Of a stretch of 64,000 bases of DNA, positions 39,512 to 52,768 are shown piece after piece; the first letter of the stretch is position 1, and each line of letters begins with the position of its first letter. The stretch lies in contig OZ024740.1 of assembly GCA_964016885.1 (NCBI GenBank), positions 312,170,001 through 312,234,000 of the forward strand. Direction: 5' to 3'. The translations under genes and the position numbers were made by a program. This DNA is from Eledone cirrhosa. Taxonomy: Eukaryota. Below the pieces are notes generated by a model. That model worked only from the letters and a program-made list of their open reading frames with translations, did no database searches and was not told the DNA's origin.

Positions 39512-39678
39512 GTTTGAACAGCATTCAAACCAGCAGCTTTCATTTTTGATAATCTGTCCTGCCAATAGTAGTTAGGTGTACGGAAGTAATGCATACTGCC
39601 AGACACATATCTGTATGGCTTGCCATCCTTAATGAATGTGTTATGCTCATAGTCAATTCCAAATGAACGATTTGAAGC
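39512..39678 (-). CDS. GLB1: Beta-galactosidase (GH35, GLB1-like) coding exon 2
   Basis: [55 protein letters not shown](T); acceptor tttattttag, donor gtatgt; 167 nt, phase 0 to 2, matching the vertebrate GLB1 exon 2 layout. Confidence 0.92.
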
Positions 39679-40027
39679 CTAAAATAAATAAAGAAGAAGA
39701 ATCAACAATTTAATGAATAGATCAGATTGTAAATGTCAGAATTCACACTTAACATATTGTACCTGTTGTTTCTTGTTTGATAGAATTTTTTGTTGTTTAG
39801 CCACAAGTCAGGCATGGTTGAGCAGACCTGTAATCTAAAGTGTTCAAGTCATGACCATCCCGTCTTATTTTTAAGGATAGTGTATCATCCCCAGACACAT
39901 TATCCGATGTGTACTTTCTTAAAGATCGTAGGTATTGTCTAAGGGTGATTTGGCTACTATGTGGCAAGCAGCAATGTAGAGGCTCCCTAAGAGGTGTACT
40001 GTCTAGATTTCATTATTTAGTTATAAG

Positions 40028-40218
40028 GGCGGTGGATTGGCAGTATTGGTAGAGGGTCGGACGCCATGCTTTCCAGCATAGTTACGTCCCTTTACGGTCT
40101 GAGTTCAAATCCCACCGAGGTTAACTTTGCTTTTCATCCTTACGGGGTCGATAAAATAAAGTACCAGTAATGTACTGGGTATTTGATGGCCTTGTGCCAA
40201 ATGTAGAAACAATTATTT
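40028..40218 (+). mobile_element. Nin-domain tRNA SINE
   Basis: Same family as 21001-21188. Confidence 0.8.
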
Positions 40219-40742
40219 AGTTCTTTTTTAAGCGATGAGAACTAAATTTCTGTTGGTTCAGACAGGTTCTAAGTGAGAGCAAATTTGACACAGTTTTAGA
40301 TGGAGAACAATATGTTGCCTTTTCTGTGTCTTTATTTAGAGACAGGGCTATAGGCTCTGTTCTTAAGGAACTATTGAAGTTCTAGAATGTGAGTAGGTGT
40401 AGTTGATAAAACTGAAGCATATGATAGGATGGAGAAAAGTGACCTCTGTTGCTATTAGAATTTAGAGTGTCTTTTATGAGACGGGCCATTTCAAGATGGA
40501 TATTTTCTTTTCTAGCTATGTGGAGTATTTGTGCTTTTCATCAGTACTTTCAGAGGTAGTAGAAAGTATGGCAATGTGAGCTTCTTTGATGATTGTATTG
40601 TTTTTAACAACATGTCTGCCTTTATTGAGAAAACCTATGATCAAAGGCATTCCAGCTGTGACAATTTCAACGATTTTTTCAGACATAATGTTATCTATAA
40701 CTTTATTATCTAATGAGTCATTGCTTTTTAAAGTGGTAAGGT

Positions 40743-42241
40743 ATCATCATCATCATCATCATTTTACGTCCGCTCTTCCCTGCTTGCAAGGGTGGGACGG
40801 GTCTTATTCAGCACAGCATCTCTCCACTCGTCACGGTCCCTCGTCATCTCCACCGTGAGCTTCAATGATCTGAGGTCTGTTCTCACCACCTCCGCCCATG
40901 TTTTTCGTGGTCTACCTCTACCACGTCTTCCTTCAACTGGCATTTCCTGGCACTTCTTCACCCATCGGTCATCCTCCATGTGCATCACATGTCCATACCA
41001 CCTCAGTCTCCTCTCCCGTACACTACATTCTATCCCTCTCAGACACAGTTTCTCTCTCAACATATTTATGCTGGGTTGTTCACGCACATTTACACTGCAC
41101 ATCCAACGGAGCATGCTTGCCTCATTTCTCTCCAGCCGTCGCATATCCTCTGCAGTTGCTGCCCATGTCTCGCTACCATGCAGCATCGTGCTCCTCACAC
41201 AGGCATCATACAACCGGCCTTTCGTACGCAGGGAGAAACCCTTCTTCGTCAACAGAGGAAGCAGCTCCCTAAACTTCTTCCAACCCGTCCTTATTCTAGA
41301 TACTATGGCCTCGGAACACCCTCCTCCCATGCTAATCTGATCTCCTAGGTACCGGAAGCTATCCACCACTTCTATAGCGCCCTCTTGCATTTGAAAAATG
41401 TGTCTATCAGTGCGACTTCTACTGTCTAATTTCCCTGTACATCTACTGCATACATATTTCTCCCTAACTGTTAGTTTGCCTGCTATCCCGCTACATCTCT
41501 TGTGTACCCAGGATCTGCATTGTGTGCATTTTATAGAATTTATGCCAGTTCCTTTTCTGCATATCGAACATGGCCATTTCCCTGACGGAATCAGGGTTTT
41601 GTCCTCTTTTCTACTCATCAACACTTTTGTCTTAGCTAGATTCACTCTCAGTCCTCTTGCTTCCAACTGCTGTTTCCATAGCCAGAATTTATTCTCTAGC
41701 TCCTCTACTGATTCTGCTATAAGAACCAGATCGTCAGCATAGAGAAGTTCCCATGGACAGCCAGTCTTAAACTCCTCTGTTATGGCTTGGAGGACTATAA
41801 TGAACAAGAGCGGGCTGAGGACCGAACCCTGATGTACTCCTACTTTTATCTGGAATTCCTCACTAAACTCCATTCCTACCCTGACTTTACTGAGAGTACC
41901 TCTGTACAAAGTTTGCACTGTCCTCACAAGCCATTCCTCAACACCCAGCTTCCTTAGGGACCACCAGATGACAGATCGGGGTACCCTATCAAAGGCCTTC
42001 TCTAGGTCAACAAAGGCTAAGTATAGTGGCTTATTCTTCTCTAAGAACCTCTCTTGCATTTGTCTCACCAAGAAGAGGGCATCTGTTGTACTCTTCCCAG
42101 GCACAAAACCAAACTGCATCTCATCTAGTTTGACCCTTTCTCTAATTAGTTGTGCTAAAATCCTTTCTGCCACTTTCATAACCTGATCTATCAGTTTTAT
42201 ACCCCTATAATTGCTCCTCTCCAAAGCATCCCCTTTACCTA
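40743..42241 (-). mobile_element. 5'-truncated RTE LINE family B with an open RT/PHD frame (ORF 40764-42245)
   Basis: NYRGIKL, QFGF, GVHQGSVLSP, YADD, KWPCSIC..HKRC..CSRC, GRPRKTW; (TGA)n tail directly after the stop. Confidence 0.93.
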
Positions 42242-42862
42242 TCATTATATGGAAATTTGGTTGCTATTTCTAGCAGGTTGAATGACCATGTAGAGGTTCC
42301 CTTGTTGGCATCTAAAGTTAGTTTCTTCATAATATCAGCTTGCTGATATGAATGTTTAAACCATTTGTTATATTTCTAATGAAATACACAGTCTATGTAT
42401 TTCAAATAATTTTGAAATAATTGAAAATTTTGAGGAATTTAGTAATATAACTAACTTCCTTGTGTCTAGGACATAACCAAACAAAATTTCTTACATAGGA
42501 TTCTGATGGAAGATTCTTAGATAAATATAAACACTTTGAAATAAACAACTTTATATTCAAGATCCATGGAGAGTTTCAGGCAGTTTGATATCAAAAGGGT
42601 TAAAACAGGATTGCTTATGCTGTTAGGTCATTAGATTAAATACTTTGATATTTGTTCAAGCCAACTGTGATCTAATTTCAAATTCCGCTGAGATTAATTT
42701 TGCCTTTCATCATTTTAGGGTTGATAAATAAAGTACCAGTCCAGGGGCAATAGACTGATAGGATCATTAAGTTGGACAGGATGCTTTGTAGTATCTGATC
42801 TGGCTCTTTCTGTCAGGAATTGTAACCAGCAGATAGCATCAGCAATGGAAAGACTAATGGAA

Positions 42863-43055
42863 ACAGATATGTGTCTGGCAGTATGCATTACTTCCGTACA
42901 CCTAACTACTATTGGCAGGACAGATTATCAAAAATGAAAGTTGCTGGTTTGAATGCTGTTCAAACGTATGTACAAATATATTTTTTAAAATTCCTACAAG
43001 TCCTACAATTTCAAGAACTCACTCCTACTACACACACGCATGCACACACACGCAT

Positions 43056-43122
<67 letters not shown>

Positions 43123-43152
43123 TAAAATGCACTGTTTATACACCCCTGTTTG
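42863..43152 (+). pseudogene. Inverted duplicate of the 3' 103 nt of GLB1 exon 2 plus ~175 nt of intron 2
   Basis: Reverse complement of 39338-39614; one exonic change seen (GCT to GTT), a few intronic changes and a different CA-repeat length; lacks the splice acceptor. Confidence 0.93.
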
Positions 43153-43370
43153 GTGTCACCATTTTACATTTAGTTTCAGTGTTAACTTGGTATCACAGAG
43201 TTACACTTGGTCTCACAGTGTTACATTTGGTGTCATATTGTTACAGTGAATTTCATAGTGTTACTCTCAGTGTCACAGTGTTACACTTGGTATCACAGTG
43301 TTACATTTGGTGTCAGTGTTACACTTCATCTCACAGTATTACACTTGGTGTCACATTGTTATCACTTGTT
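43151..43370. repeat. ~20-bp minisatellite, about 11 degenerate units
   Basis: Consensus ggtgtcacagtgttacactt. Confidence 0.8.
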
Positions 43371-44329
43371 AACCCTTTTGATACCAAACCACCTGAAACT
43401 TGTCCTCAGTTCTACAATACAAAACTGTTTATTGTTAAGTGTTTATATCTATCTAAACTCTTCTATCATAATTTTATATAAGAACATCTGTTAAGCTATG
43501 TTCTAAACACAAGTTTAATGATGAGAAAGTTAGTTATATTATTAAATTACTTTAAATATCTTGATCAGTTGAAAATCATTAGCAATGTCTTTCTGCACTC
43601 AATGTGTTAATGAAATTCTTAGATTTGTATTTTCATCATTATCATCACTATTTAACATCTATTTTTTCATGCTTACATGGGTTAGACGGGTTCTCATGTT
43701 ATGAGACAAATAAGGTCAGATGACCACATCTTGTTCATACAGATCTGTATGTCGATGTATAATCAGCAACAACAGTCAAGTGTTTAATCATATATTTCAA
43801 ATTTATGAAAGATTAAAGTGTTGGATTACAAACAACACAGTAACAAGTTCAAATCTTGCAAGTAGAGCAAAGCTCATAACTATTTGTTCTAGTTTCATTG
43901 TAATTATCTGACAAAATTAAACTTCCTACTCCTGCTTCAACAACAAAACCTACTCCATTCATGCTAGCATACAAAATGGATGTAAAACAGGAAAAATACA
44001 TAAATAAAGAAAATAAAGAATAAAAAATAGAAAGCAAAGTGCAAAAAGTCAGATAGTGCTACTGTATATGAAAAGACAACATATGTATATGAAAGCAAAG
44101 TTCAAAATTTAAGGAATACAGTTTAAAATAGATGTGTACCAGAAACCAAAGATATTTATGAACCAGTACATATAAAAATAAACCTATTCATCTCACTTAG
44201 AAGAGATGAAGTGAAAAAGATTAAAAAAAAACAACATAATGTCTGCATTCTGTCTGGTGCTTACTTATGGGGGTGGGGGTGGAGGCGTTGTTTTAATATT
44301 TAATCTGAAAACAGCATAGGCAACTGGTT

Positions 44330-45595
44330 GAGAATACTAAGCCCTTCTCCAGTGAAGAATGTACCACTTAGCATAGACTAATGACCAAGTGACCTCAGGA
44401 CAAGAATTCAATCTGGAGAAGGAAGGTATGGAAGCTGAAAGATCCCTTCACCAGATATAGGTTCAAAGAAATACTAGTTGATATATATGTTTAGAAGGGG
44501 GAGAGATAGAGACTTATAATGTAGAGGACAGCATGATGATCTCCAACAAGATGATCTACATCCAAAAGACTAGATTTGTAGGTGGATAGCGACATGGTGA
44601 TAGAATGGTATAGTATACAGAGCCATAAAAGCTAAAAGACTAGAATGAAAAGATTGTAAGAAAAATCGGAGCAAAGAAAAATAGCAAGTACTTAGAAGGG
44701 AAGCAAAACATCAGATGTACATAGTAAGGAGAGAAGCCGAAAATGAAAGGTTTGATGTGTTCCAGATTGCAAAGCTGTGTGTTAGTGGAAATGAAGTTGT
44801 TGTTGGAGAAATATGTGTATGGAATGATAGCAATTCACTTGTCTCCACCAATACTGAAAAGAAAGAGGAATGGAAATGTTACTACAAGAGATTACTGAAT
44901 GTAGAGAATTCATGGGACAGAAAAGGTCTACTTCAAGTAAATCCCAAAGAAGCACTAACTATTGAAGTTGACTGCTATACAGACATGAAGGCAGGGAAAG
45001 CAAATAAAGGATTAAATATAATTGCTGAATGATAAAAATATCCAGCAAAGTAGGACACATACTAATCACTCATACTAGTGAATCATGTTGTACATGGAGA
45101 TATCACACCCAGTGATAAGCACAGCAGTATCATCCTAAAGTACTACAAGAACAAAGAAGACATTGTGGAAAGAAGCAACTACAAAGGCATCAAAACTGAT
45201 AGGCCAGGTTATGAAAGTAACAGAAAGTATTAAACACAACTAATTGGAAAATTAACTTGAAAGAGATGCAGTTTTGGTTTGTGTCAGGACTGGTTATCAG
45301 TGAGAAACTCTAAAAGTTCTTAGCTAAGAGTTAGCAACTATACATGAGAAGGCTTTTGAGAGGGTACCACATTCTTTATGCTTGTGGTTACTAAAGAAAC
45401 TATGTGCAGATGAATAGCTTGTAGACAGATACCATCAACAAAGAGAGAGTAGGCAATGAATTTAACATGCAGGTAAGTGTCCATTAAGGCTCAGTTCTCA
45501 GACATCTGTTTATTATAGTTTTCTCAAGTCATAACAATGGAGTTTAAAACTGGCTATTCATGGGAACACCTGTATATCGATGGCCTACTTCTCAT
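44330..45595 (+). mobile_element. Old decayed RTE LINE internal fragment
   Basis: RRKVWKLKDP, WKCYYKRLLNVENSWD, SNYKGIK, EMQFWF, KAFERVP, EFKTGYSWEHLY remnants. Confidence 0.8.
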
Positions 45596-46235
45596 ATATA
45601 TGGTGGAATTGTTAGATGAGATGCCTATGGTCTATTTGTGTCGTAGATTTAATTTGTCACCTGGTTTAACACCCACAATCTGATTATTGGGTGCCTACAA
45701 TAGAGTCTACTTTGTTGCAAGTATTCAGGCCTGGTCGCTGTGTTAAGGATCCATTCACCCTTCCCTTCCACCAAACTTGAATGCCCTCAGAAAAGGTAGT
45801 GGGCACTGTCCTTTCTATTGACAACAACAAAAGAATATCCTTTGACACTGGTACAAAGCTATCTATTTGTAAGTTGACTTGTTTCCAACATATTTCTGAG
45901 GTACTTATTTTACTGAGATTAAGAAATGAATGGTAAAATCAACTCTGCTAAGATGTGAGCTCAGACATGATAAGTCATAAACGTTGATATTGCAATCCCT
46001 CAATTTTCAGCTCTAATTTGAGTTAACAAATAAGAATGATTTCATACAAAAAGATGACACCGCAGTTGCATTTGTCTTGCAATGGATTTGTTTTGAAATT
46101 TTAGAAATTATAATTTTTTTCAACACAGACATGTGTATGAGTATATTATTATAAATGTGCAAACACAGACACACTTACAAAAGTAAGTCAAACAAATTTA
46201 TATATAGATTGTACACACAAGTGTAGTGAATGTTA

Positions 46236-46548
46236 GACGGTTTTCTCTAGTTTGTCATCACCCCTTCCTTCCTCAGTCATCTCTAGTGCGTGACGTCATC
46301 ACACCTTCGTTCCTCAATCATCTCTAGTATGTGACACCATCACCCCTTCCTTCCTCAAACATCTCTAGTGTGTGACGTCATCACACCTTCGTTCCTCAAT
46401 CATCTCTAGTATGTGATACCATCACCCCCTTCCTTCCTCAATCATTTCTAGTGTGTGACGTCATCACCCCTTCCTTCCTCAGTCATCTCTAGTATGTGAC
46501 GGAAAGACAGATGGACAGACAGAAGTCGCTCAAATTTATATATAGATA
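46236..46548 (+). repeat. ~39-bp tandem array in a HINE/DINE-like element
   Basis: Repeated catctctagtgtgtgacgtcatcaccccttccttcctca; ends gacagacaga..aatttatatatagat. Confidence 0.65.
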
Positions 46549-46846
46549 CTAGCAAATCTGTCAACAGACTGCTAGAAATATCAGTCAAATACCCCTCAAA
46601 TCACACTACTATCTTAAAAAGAAAGACACTGTCTTAAAATAAGTGCATGATGATGGGTAGAATGTTTTTCATCATAGGTCTGCTCAATCAGGATTGACCT
46701 GGTTCTAGGCAACTGCAACAACTTACAAATCTAATTGATATCAAACCAGTAATCAAAACTATGCATTATGTATTTTTATCTTTTTCATTGATTTCTATCT
46801 TTCTTTCTTCTTATTTTTTTTTCCAATCTGATTTTTGGTTATCAGC

Positions 46847-47724
46847 TCACTTTTGATATTGTAGGATTTTTAATTAAAACTCACTAAAAGACATGTAACA
46901 CTTTGATGTGGCCATACTGAAACAGGATAATTTTAGATTCAAAATTGTAAACTATAAAGGCAGTGGTTTCTAAAGGTTTTTCTGTTTTATATTTGCTATG
47001 TGCTTCGTGGCAAATATAAATATTTATTCCAAGCTCACTGTATTCTGAGTTAAAATTCAACCAAGGTCAACTTTGCCTTTCAGAATTGATAAATAAAGCA
47101 CCAGTTTGGAGCAGTGGAGTAGTAGAAATATTAGAACATTGGACAAGATGGTAATCAGTATCAGATATAGATGTTCTCTTTCTGAATTTAAATTCTCCAT
47201 CTTACAGGAATCTCATAAATTGTACGGTTATTGCAAAATGTGGACATGAAGTTCATTGTCAAAAAGTGAGTGTCTATGAAACTAAAAGGAACTCACAAAA
47301 ACTAATGTAGTGTGAGCTCATAAGAGCACCAGAGGGTGTAAGAGGATTATTTTTTGGCTTTCTTTCTTCATCTTATCCTATATATATATCTAAATAATTT
47401 ATACTAAAGAAAATTAGTATAAATGAAACATAGTTATCAAGATTTTGTATATAGAATTTCAACTTTTATTTTTTAAATATATATATATAATTCTATTACT
47501 TTTACAATACAACTAACTACAATTCACAGTACACCAGTGTGATACTTAGCATACCATAATGGAACCACTGTTCTAGATGCCCAACTGTATTTCATATTTC
47601 ATTTGTTTGGTGCCACAATAAAAAGTACCAAGCCCATACTGAAATGTAGTTTCAGTATGGCCACATCAAAGTGTTACATGTCTTTTAGTGAGTTTTAATT
47701 AAAAACCTGCAACATCAAAAGTGA
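46847..47724. repeat. 77-bp inverted duplication (46847-46923 / 47649-47724)
   Basis: actcactaaaagacatgtaacactttgatgtggccatactgaaac and its reverse complement. Confidence 0.85.
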
Positions 47725-47949
47725 ACCATAGAGAATAAGCCCAAATAAAGATCCTTATAAGCAAGATGTAGTAACCTGACCTAAATTGTTCCATAACATG
47801 ACAAACAGAAAAATGGACGTTAGATGATAATGATGATGATATATGTCATCCAGTGATCCTCAGACTATTTCTTAATTCACTTGTATTCAGCACTTCTTTT
47901 AACTTAACATTGCATATAAAACAGATTGTTTTTTAATACAACTGTTCTA

Positions 47950-48170
47950 ATTACAGCAGCATTCACTCTCTTACACAATCCCACACCGGTTTGAGGCAAA
48001 GAACGAAATACCTGTCGATGAAGTGACTCCCCTGTTCGATCATGGAATGCCACAAGCTTATGTGTTACGTAAGTTGGATTGATGATTTCGGATTCATAGA
48101 AACATATCGGACGTATTGCAGAATATCGTTCGATTTGTCCAGGTCTGTTGTCTAACCTGATTAGTTTTTT
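47950..48170 (-). mobile_element. Possible hAT transposase remnant
   Basis: With one frameshift reads IRLD/TTDLDKSNDILQYVRYV...TGESL, resembling the LDETTD..YVRY..TG motif. Confidence 0.3.
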
Positions 48171-48350
48171 CGTTGTTTTGGTATTGTATGGTTGGGTTTT
48201 GCCTGCCACAATTTTCAATTTGTCAAGCTATCTAAACGTAATGTTATTACTCTGAGGACCTACCCTTATTGAGTGCTTTGCTACTAATTCCTAATTGTAA
48301 GTTGACTTTGCTTGGCCACAGCTTAAGCTTCGATTTTACTAAGCTTCCAC

Positions 48351-48406
<56 letters not shown>

Positions 48407-48410
<4 letters not shown>

Positions 48411-48560
48411 TGAAAGTGCATGGCTTAGTGGTTAGAGCATTTGGGCTTGCAATCGAAAGGTTGTGAGTTCAATTCTCGGACCGGGTTAAGTGTTGTTTCC
48501 TTGAGCAAGACACTTTATTTCACATTGCTCCAGTTTACTCAGCTATAGAAATGAGATGAT
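48407..48560 (+). mobile_element. tRNA-derived SINE
   Basis: tggcttagtggttagagc (A box), gagttcaattc (B box), gtgttgtttccttgagcaagacacttt. Confidence 0.7.
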
Positions 48561-48574
48561 AGGACTGGGGTCCC

Positions 48575-48828
48575 TATCATTCCACTACAAAGTGGTCGTG
48601 GAGGTGCTACGGCAAAAAAGCACTCAGTCCACACTGTAAAGTGGACGTGTAGGTGCCACGGAAAAAAAGCACCCACCACTCACTGTAAATGAGGTTGGTG
48701 TTAGGAAGGGCATCCAGCTGTAGAAATCAAGCCAGACAAGGTCAGCCAACCAGACACTGCCCACAACAGGACAACTCGTCTAACCTATGCTAGCGTGGAA
48801 GAACTGATGTAAAACGGTGATGATGATC
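48575..48828 (+). mobile_element. RTE 3' tail fragment
   Basis: Matches 9640-9795, followed by a (tga)n tail. Confidence 0.75.
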
Positions 48829-49293
48829 ATGAATTACATGAGTATGTGATTTCATATTATGAAATTTATTCATGGTTGAGAAATAGTAATGACAGGCCAA
48901 ACATACAACTTCTGATAATGGAGAATACATGCCTTTGTCAATAAAGACTATGAAACTGCTAATTCTTTGAATATCAAGCTAATACCATGTATCAATATAT
49001 ATGTATCCGTTTTATATAGTCTGTCTTTCATACAGTGAAAGAAAGCCTTAGTTGTCAACAGCAGTAAATCAAAATCTTCCATAACAACCCTGTAAACTCA
49101 AACTATTACGCTATCACTAGCCTTCACCTCTAACAGTAATTATGCCTGCTAGGTAACAGCACTTATTGACAATTTTCAATGAGCCATGTGAATATTTCAT
49201 AGTTGTTATAGTTACTCTAGGGCATCTGGTGCATAATCATTACAAATCAATATGTATTTCTATGAGGCTGAGGGAGAGGGTGGGGGTCTTGTA

Positions 49294-49332
<39 letters not shown>

Positions 49333-49679
49333 GCCTCTCATCGTGGAGAAGAGTTTTCACATTTTCATTTGTCGCAGTGATTTTACTGCTGGATATCTTG
49401 TTCCTTCAAGCTGCTATCCTCTTAACTATGAAATTGCTGATGCTTAACCACAACCCAATTATAACAGAACTTCTGATTAAAGATATTTCATCTCTGATCA
49501 TCCCGTCATTTTCTTTTTTTTTTTCTTCCTTATAATAGGGATTACAATGTCCAGTACCTCCTTCATTGGGAGGGGGGTTCAAGACAGAGTGGTGTGATCT
49601 AAGTGAGATGTGACTGCTATTTCTAGCAGGTTAAGTGACCATGAAGCATCTCCAACATTTGGTTACTTTTATTATGTAG

Positions 49680-50275
49680 TAATTAACTTGTCTGAAGCAT
49701 TTGTATAACTGATGGAGTTGCTTTTCCATTTGACATTCAGCTTTACCATAGCAGAAGTGGCCAGGGCGAGTCTTGTCACTATCTCCTTTTGAGATCTGCC
49801 ATTGTGAGGTGTCCAATTCTTCAAGTCTTCTTCCGTTTAGCATGATGTCAGTTGCTGTATTCTGATGATTACTATTAACTGGAATCTTGCTCTTTTCTGA
49901 GCTGATCTTCATTCCATATGCTCCTGATACTTTTTCCAGTCTGGTAGTTACCTCCTGGAGTTCTGCTTAACTGCTTCCTAACAGGTCAATGTCATCAGCA
50001 AATCACAGGCTGGAAATGGGCAGTCCTCCAATGGAAACTGAGGTGTTGGAGTGTCTCTTGCGTGATGTTTTCCAGGAAGATGTTGAAAAGCACTCGAGAA
50101 ATGAGACATCCTTGTCGAACTCCCCACAGTCATCCTGAAGAATTCTCTAATGTTGTTATTCAGGAGAACTGCCATATTTGAGTTGTCATAGTGTTTTAAG
50201 TACTTGAATGAAGTTGATGTCAAAGTTATAATCCTTCATCACTTTCCACAAACCTTCATGCCAAACATGTGTTGC
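49680..50275 (-). mobile_element. Decayed RTE-like RT fragment
   Basis: Minus strand remnants FFRMTVG, LS..LFNIFLE, FADDIDL, YGMKISSEKSK, LNGRRLEELD. Confidence 0.65.
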
Positions 50276-50725
50276 TTATGAAGGAATTACATATGTAAAC
50301 TTCAGCAAATAAAATTAATTTATATTTCAAGGCCAATGAAGAGGGAGGGGGGACAGGTAACACAGGTACGTACTATTCACGAGTCCGTGAGAGCCTCGAC
50401 GCAGTCACTCGTTTTGCTAGAAATGGCAGCAAAATCTTCAAACTACGCCATAGCATCCTTTAAAACAAAAGGACGCGCTGAATAATATCCTAGATATACT
50501 ATGGCTAAAAGAAAGATAGTTATATTTTGTCTTTGGCCATAGGTCTGCTTGATAATGGGATAATCAATAATGTATTTTTTTATTCTTTTTTTTATAAATG
50601 GTTATTACTCTTGTTAAAAATTATTGCGAAATCTTCCTCGAACCACATCTTAATATATTTAAATAGGAGGCTAAATAGGTAAATGTAATTCTATATGAAT
50701 CATGTCTACAAACAAAGGTAATTTC

Positions 50726-50938
50726 TTATTATTACATCCGTCTCAGAAACGGGTGATGGAACAAAAGAAAACGAATAATTTACGACAGCTTTGAAGACCA
50801 TATTCATCCAAAACAAAAAAGAATTATACGGAAAATAATTTCACCTTTAAAATACTAACCAAACCTATCAACTAAACAACTTTAAAATTAAAAATATATA
50901 TACTATTACACCCCTCGCGGAGACGGATATAATAATAA
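50726..50938. mobile_element. Small MITE-like element with ~30-bp imperfect TIRs
   Basis: ttattattacatccgtctc..gggtg / caccc..gagacggatataataataa. Confidence 0.55.
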
Positions 50939-51239
50939 AAATGTACCCAAACAAGATTAAATGGTTATGGCTGGAGAATCTTTCATCATAGATCTATTCG
51001 ATCCAAATTGAGCTGGGGTTAAGTAGCAACAGTATCCCTTGATCGCAAATCCGCTTTTCCACACTACCTTAGTCACAATGCAACATTTTAAGCATGCAAC
51101 TGCGTTATTGTATTCACTCTGCAGCAAAATGTGAACTCTGAGCAAAGCAAAGCAAATATATACAGAATCCAATTCCTTATACATTATGCTTGACCTTGGA
51201 TATTTACACGCGTTCTTTGTGTGTGTTGTGTATGTGATA

Positions 51240-51423
51240 AATAATTGTTTCTACTTTAGGCCAGCAATTACCCAGTGCATTACTGGTACTTTATGTTATC
51301 GACCCCATAAGGATGAACGGCAAAGTCAACCTCGGCGGGATTTGAACTCAGATCGTAAAGGGACGTAACTATGCTGGAAAGCATGGCGTCCGACCCTCTA
51401 CCGATACTGCCAATCCACCGCCC
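51240..51423 (-). mobile_element. Nin-domain tRNA SINE
   Basis: Reverse complement of the 40028-40218 family. Confidence 0.8.
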
Positions 51424-52206
51424 TTGTATGTGATAAATAATGTTAGATATGATGGTTGTCAGTAAACGCTGGCACGAAATCGGAAATTGGCATGTAAACA
51501 AATACCTAAAGATTTCATACAATTGAAAGTTTTATGAATGCGTGCGCGGGCGTTGATGTATGGAAAGTTCAATGTAATATGAAAAAGTTTCCATTTTAAT
51601 GTCAGCTGGACTTGATCCTGAAAAGAATGCCGCAGTTAATTATTAGAAAGAAACTTCAGCGACCCTTGTTGCGTGTGATGGAGTGTACGGGTTTTCTCCC
51701 ACTTTTTTTCCTTTAATAAATATAAATTGCATTTATATACTAATATATAAACACTTGGTTAATTATTATTAACCCAATGTTTACCAACAAACATTTATGT
51801 CCATGCAAAGAAGTCTGGATGGAGCTTCTTTGTTTTTTTTGTTTTGTTTTGTTTTGTTTTGTTTTGTTTCTATTCTTCTTCCGTCCTCTTCGTTTACTTT
51901 GTCTTTCTATTTCTTAATAAAACGGAGGGTATATGCGAACAAAGAGAACGAAAAGGCACGAGAGTAAATGTCTGAAAATATTTTGTTTGAATCACATTCT
52001 CAGTTTCTGAGTTCAAATCCTTACTTGATCGACTTCCCCTTTTATCCTTCCGCAGTTGTAACATATAATTAAAAGAAAAAGTGGCTCCACATAAATGCCA
52101 ACGTACAATGACTATACAAACATCGAAACATACTAAATATATAATTAATTATTAACTACATTATTTAGTTGTCTAGTTTATTTAATTAGTACAAGAAAGA
52201 ACATGA

Positions 52207-52268
<62 letters not shown>

Positions 52269-52410
52269 GGCGTGTGTGTGTATATATATATATATATATG
52301 TGTGTGTAGGTAGGTATGTATGTATGTGTATGTATGTATGTGTATGTATGTATGTGTATGTATGTATGTGTATGTATGCATGTGCGTGATCACATAATAA
52401 TAATACGAAC

Positions 52411-52473
52411 CTGGATTGAAACAGGAATAATCAAAAGAAACAATAGCAAAGGCGGCAGGATTTGCGCTGTCAT
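52411..52473 (-). CDS. GLB1: GLB1-like coding exon 1 (signal peptide)
   Basis: aaaATG context; MTAQILPPLLLFLLIIPVSIQ hydrophobic leader; CAG|gttcgt donor in phase 0, compatible with exon 2. Confidence 0.72.
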
Positions 52474-52768
52474 TTTAAAATATTGAATAGAATACTATCA
52501 TGAAGTTACAAAGGGGAGTAAGTGCGGTGGTTTAGGAAAAATTGTATAAACGCCTGCTAAACTCCTCTCCCACCCCCTATATACATACATATATAGCGAG
52601 AGGGGGAGAGAAGAAGAGTGTGAGAGAGAGATACGTTTGTATATTTGTCGCAATATTTCAGTTGTTATTGAACTGTGATCTAGCTTGTATTTATCAACAA
52701 TTTCAAGTAGATAAACAAATATCAAAGAAATATGTAAAAAAAATTAAAATAAACACAACTGGTGGTGA

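Noticed and set aside
40028-40120. tRNA genes at SINE heads (also 6573, 21001, 48407)
   Set aside because: A and B boxes are present but there is no full cloverleaf, and each continues into a SINE body.
42871-43125. Plus-strand beta-galactosidase ORF as a second gene
   Set aside because: It is a partial inverted duplicate lacking the acceptor and the first 64 nt of the exon, and it runs into a CA repeat.
43151-46500. 20-bp and 39-bp arrays as CRISPR-like repeats
   Set aside because: Contiguous degenerate tandem units without unique spacers, in a eukaryotic context with no cas genes.
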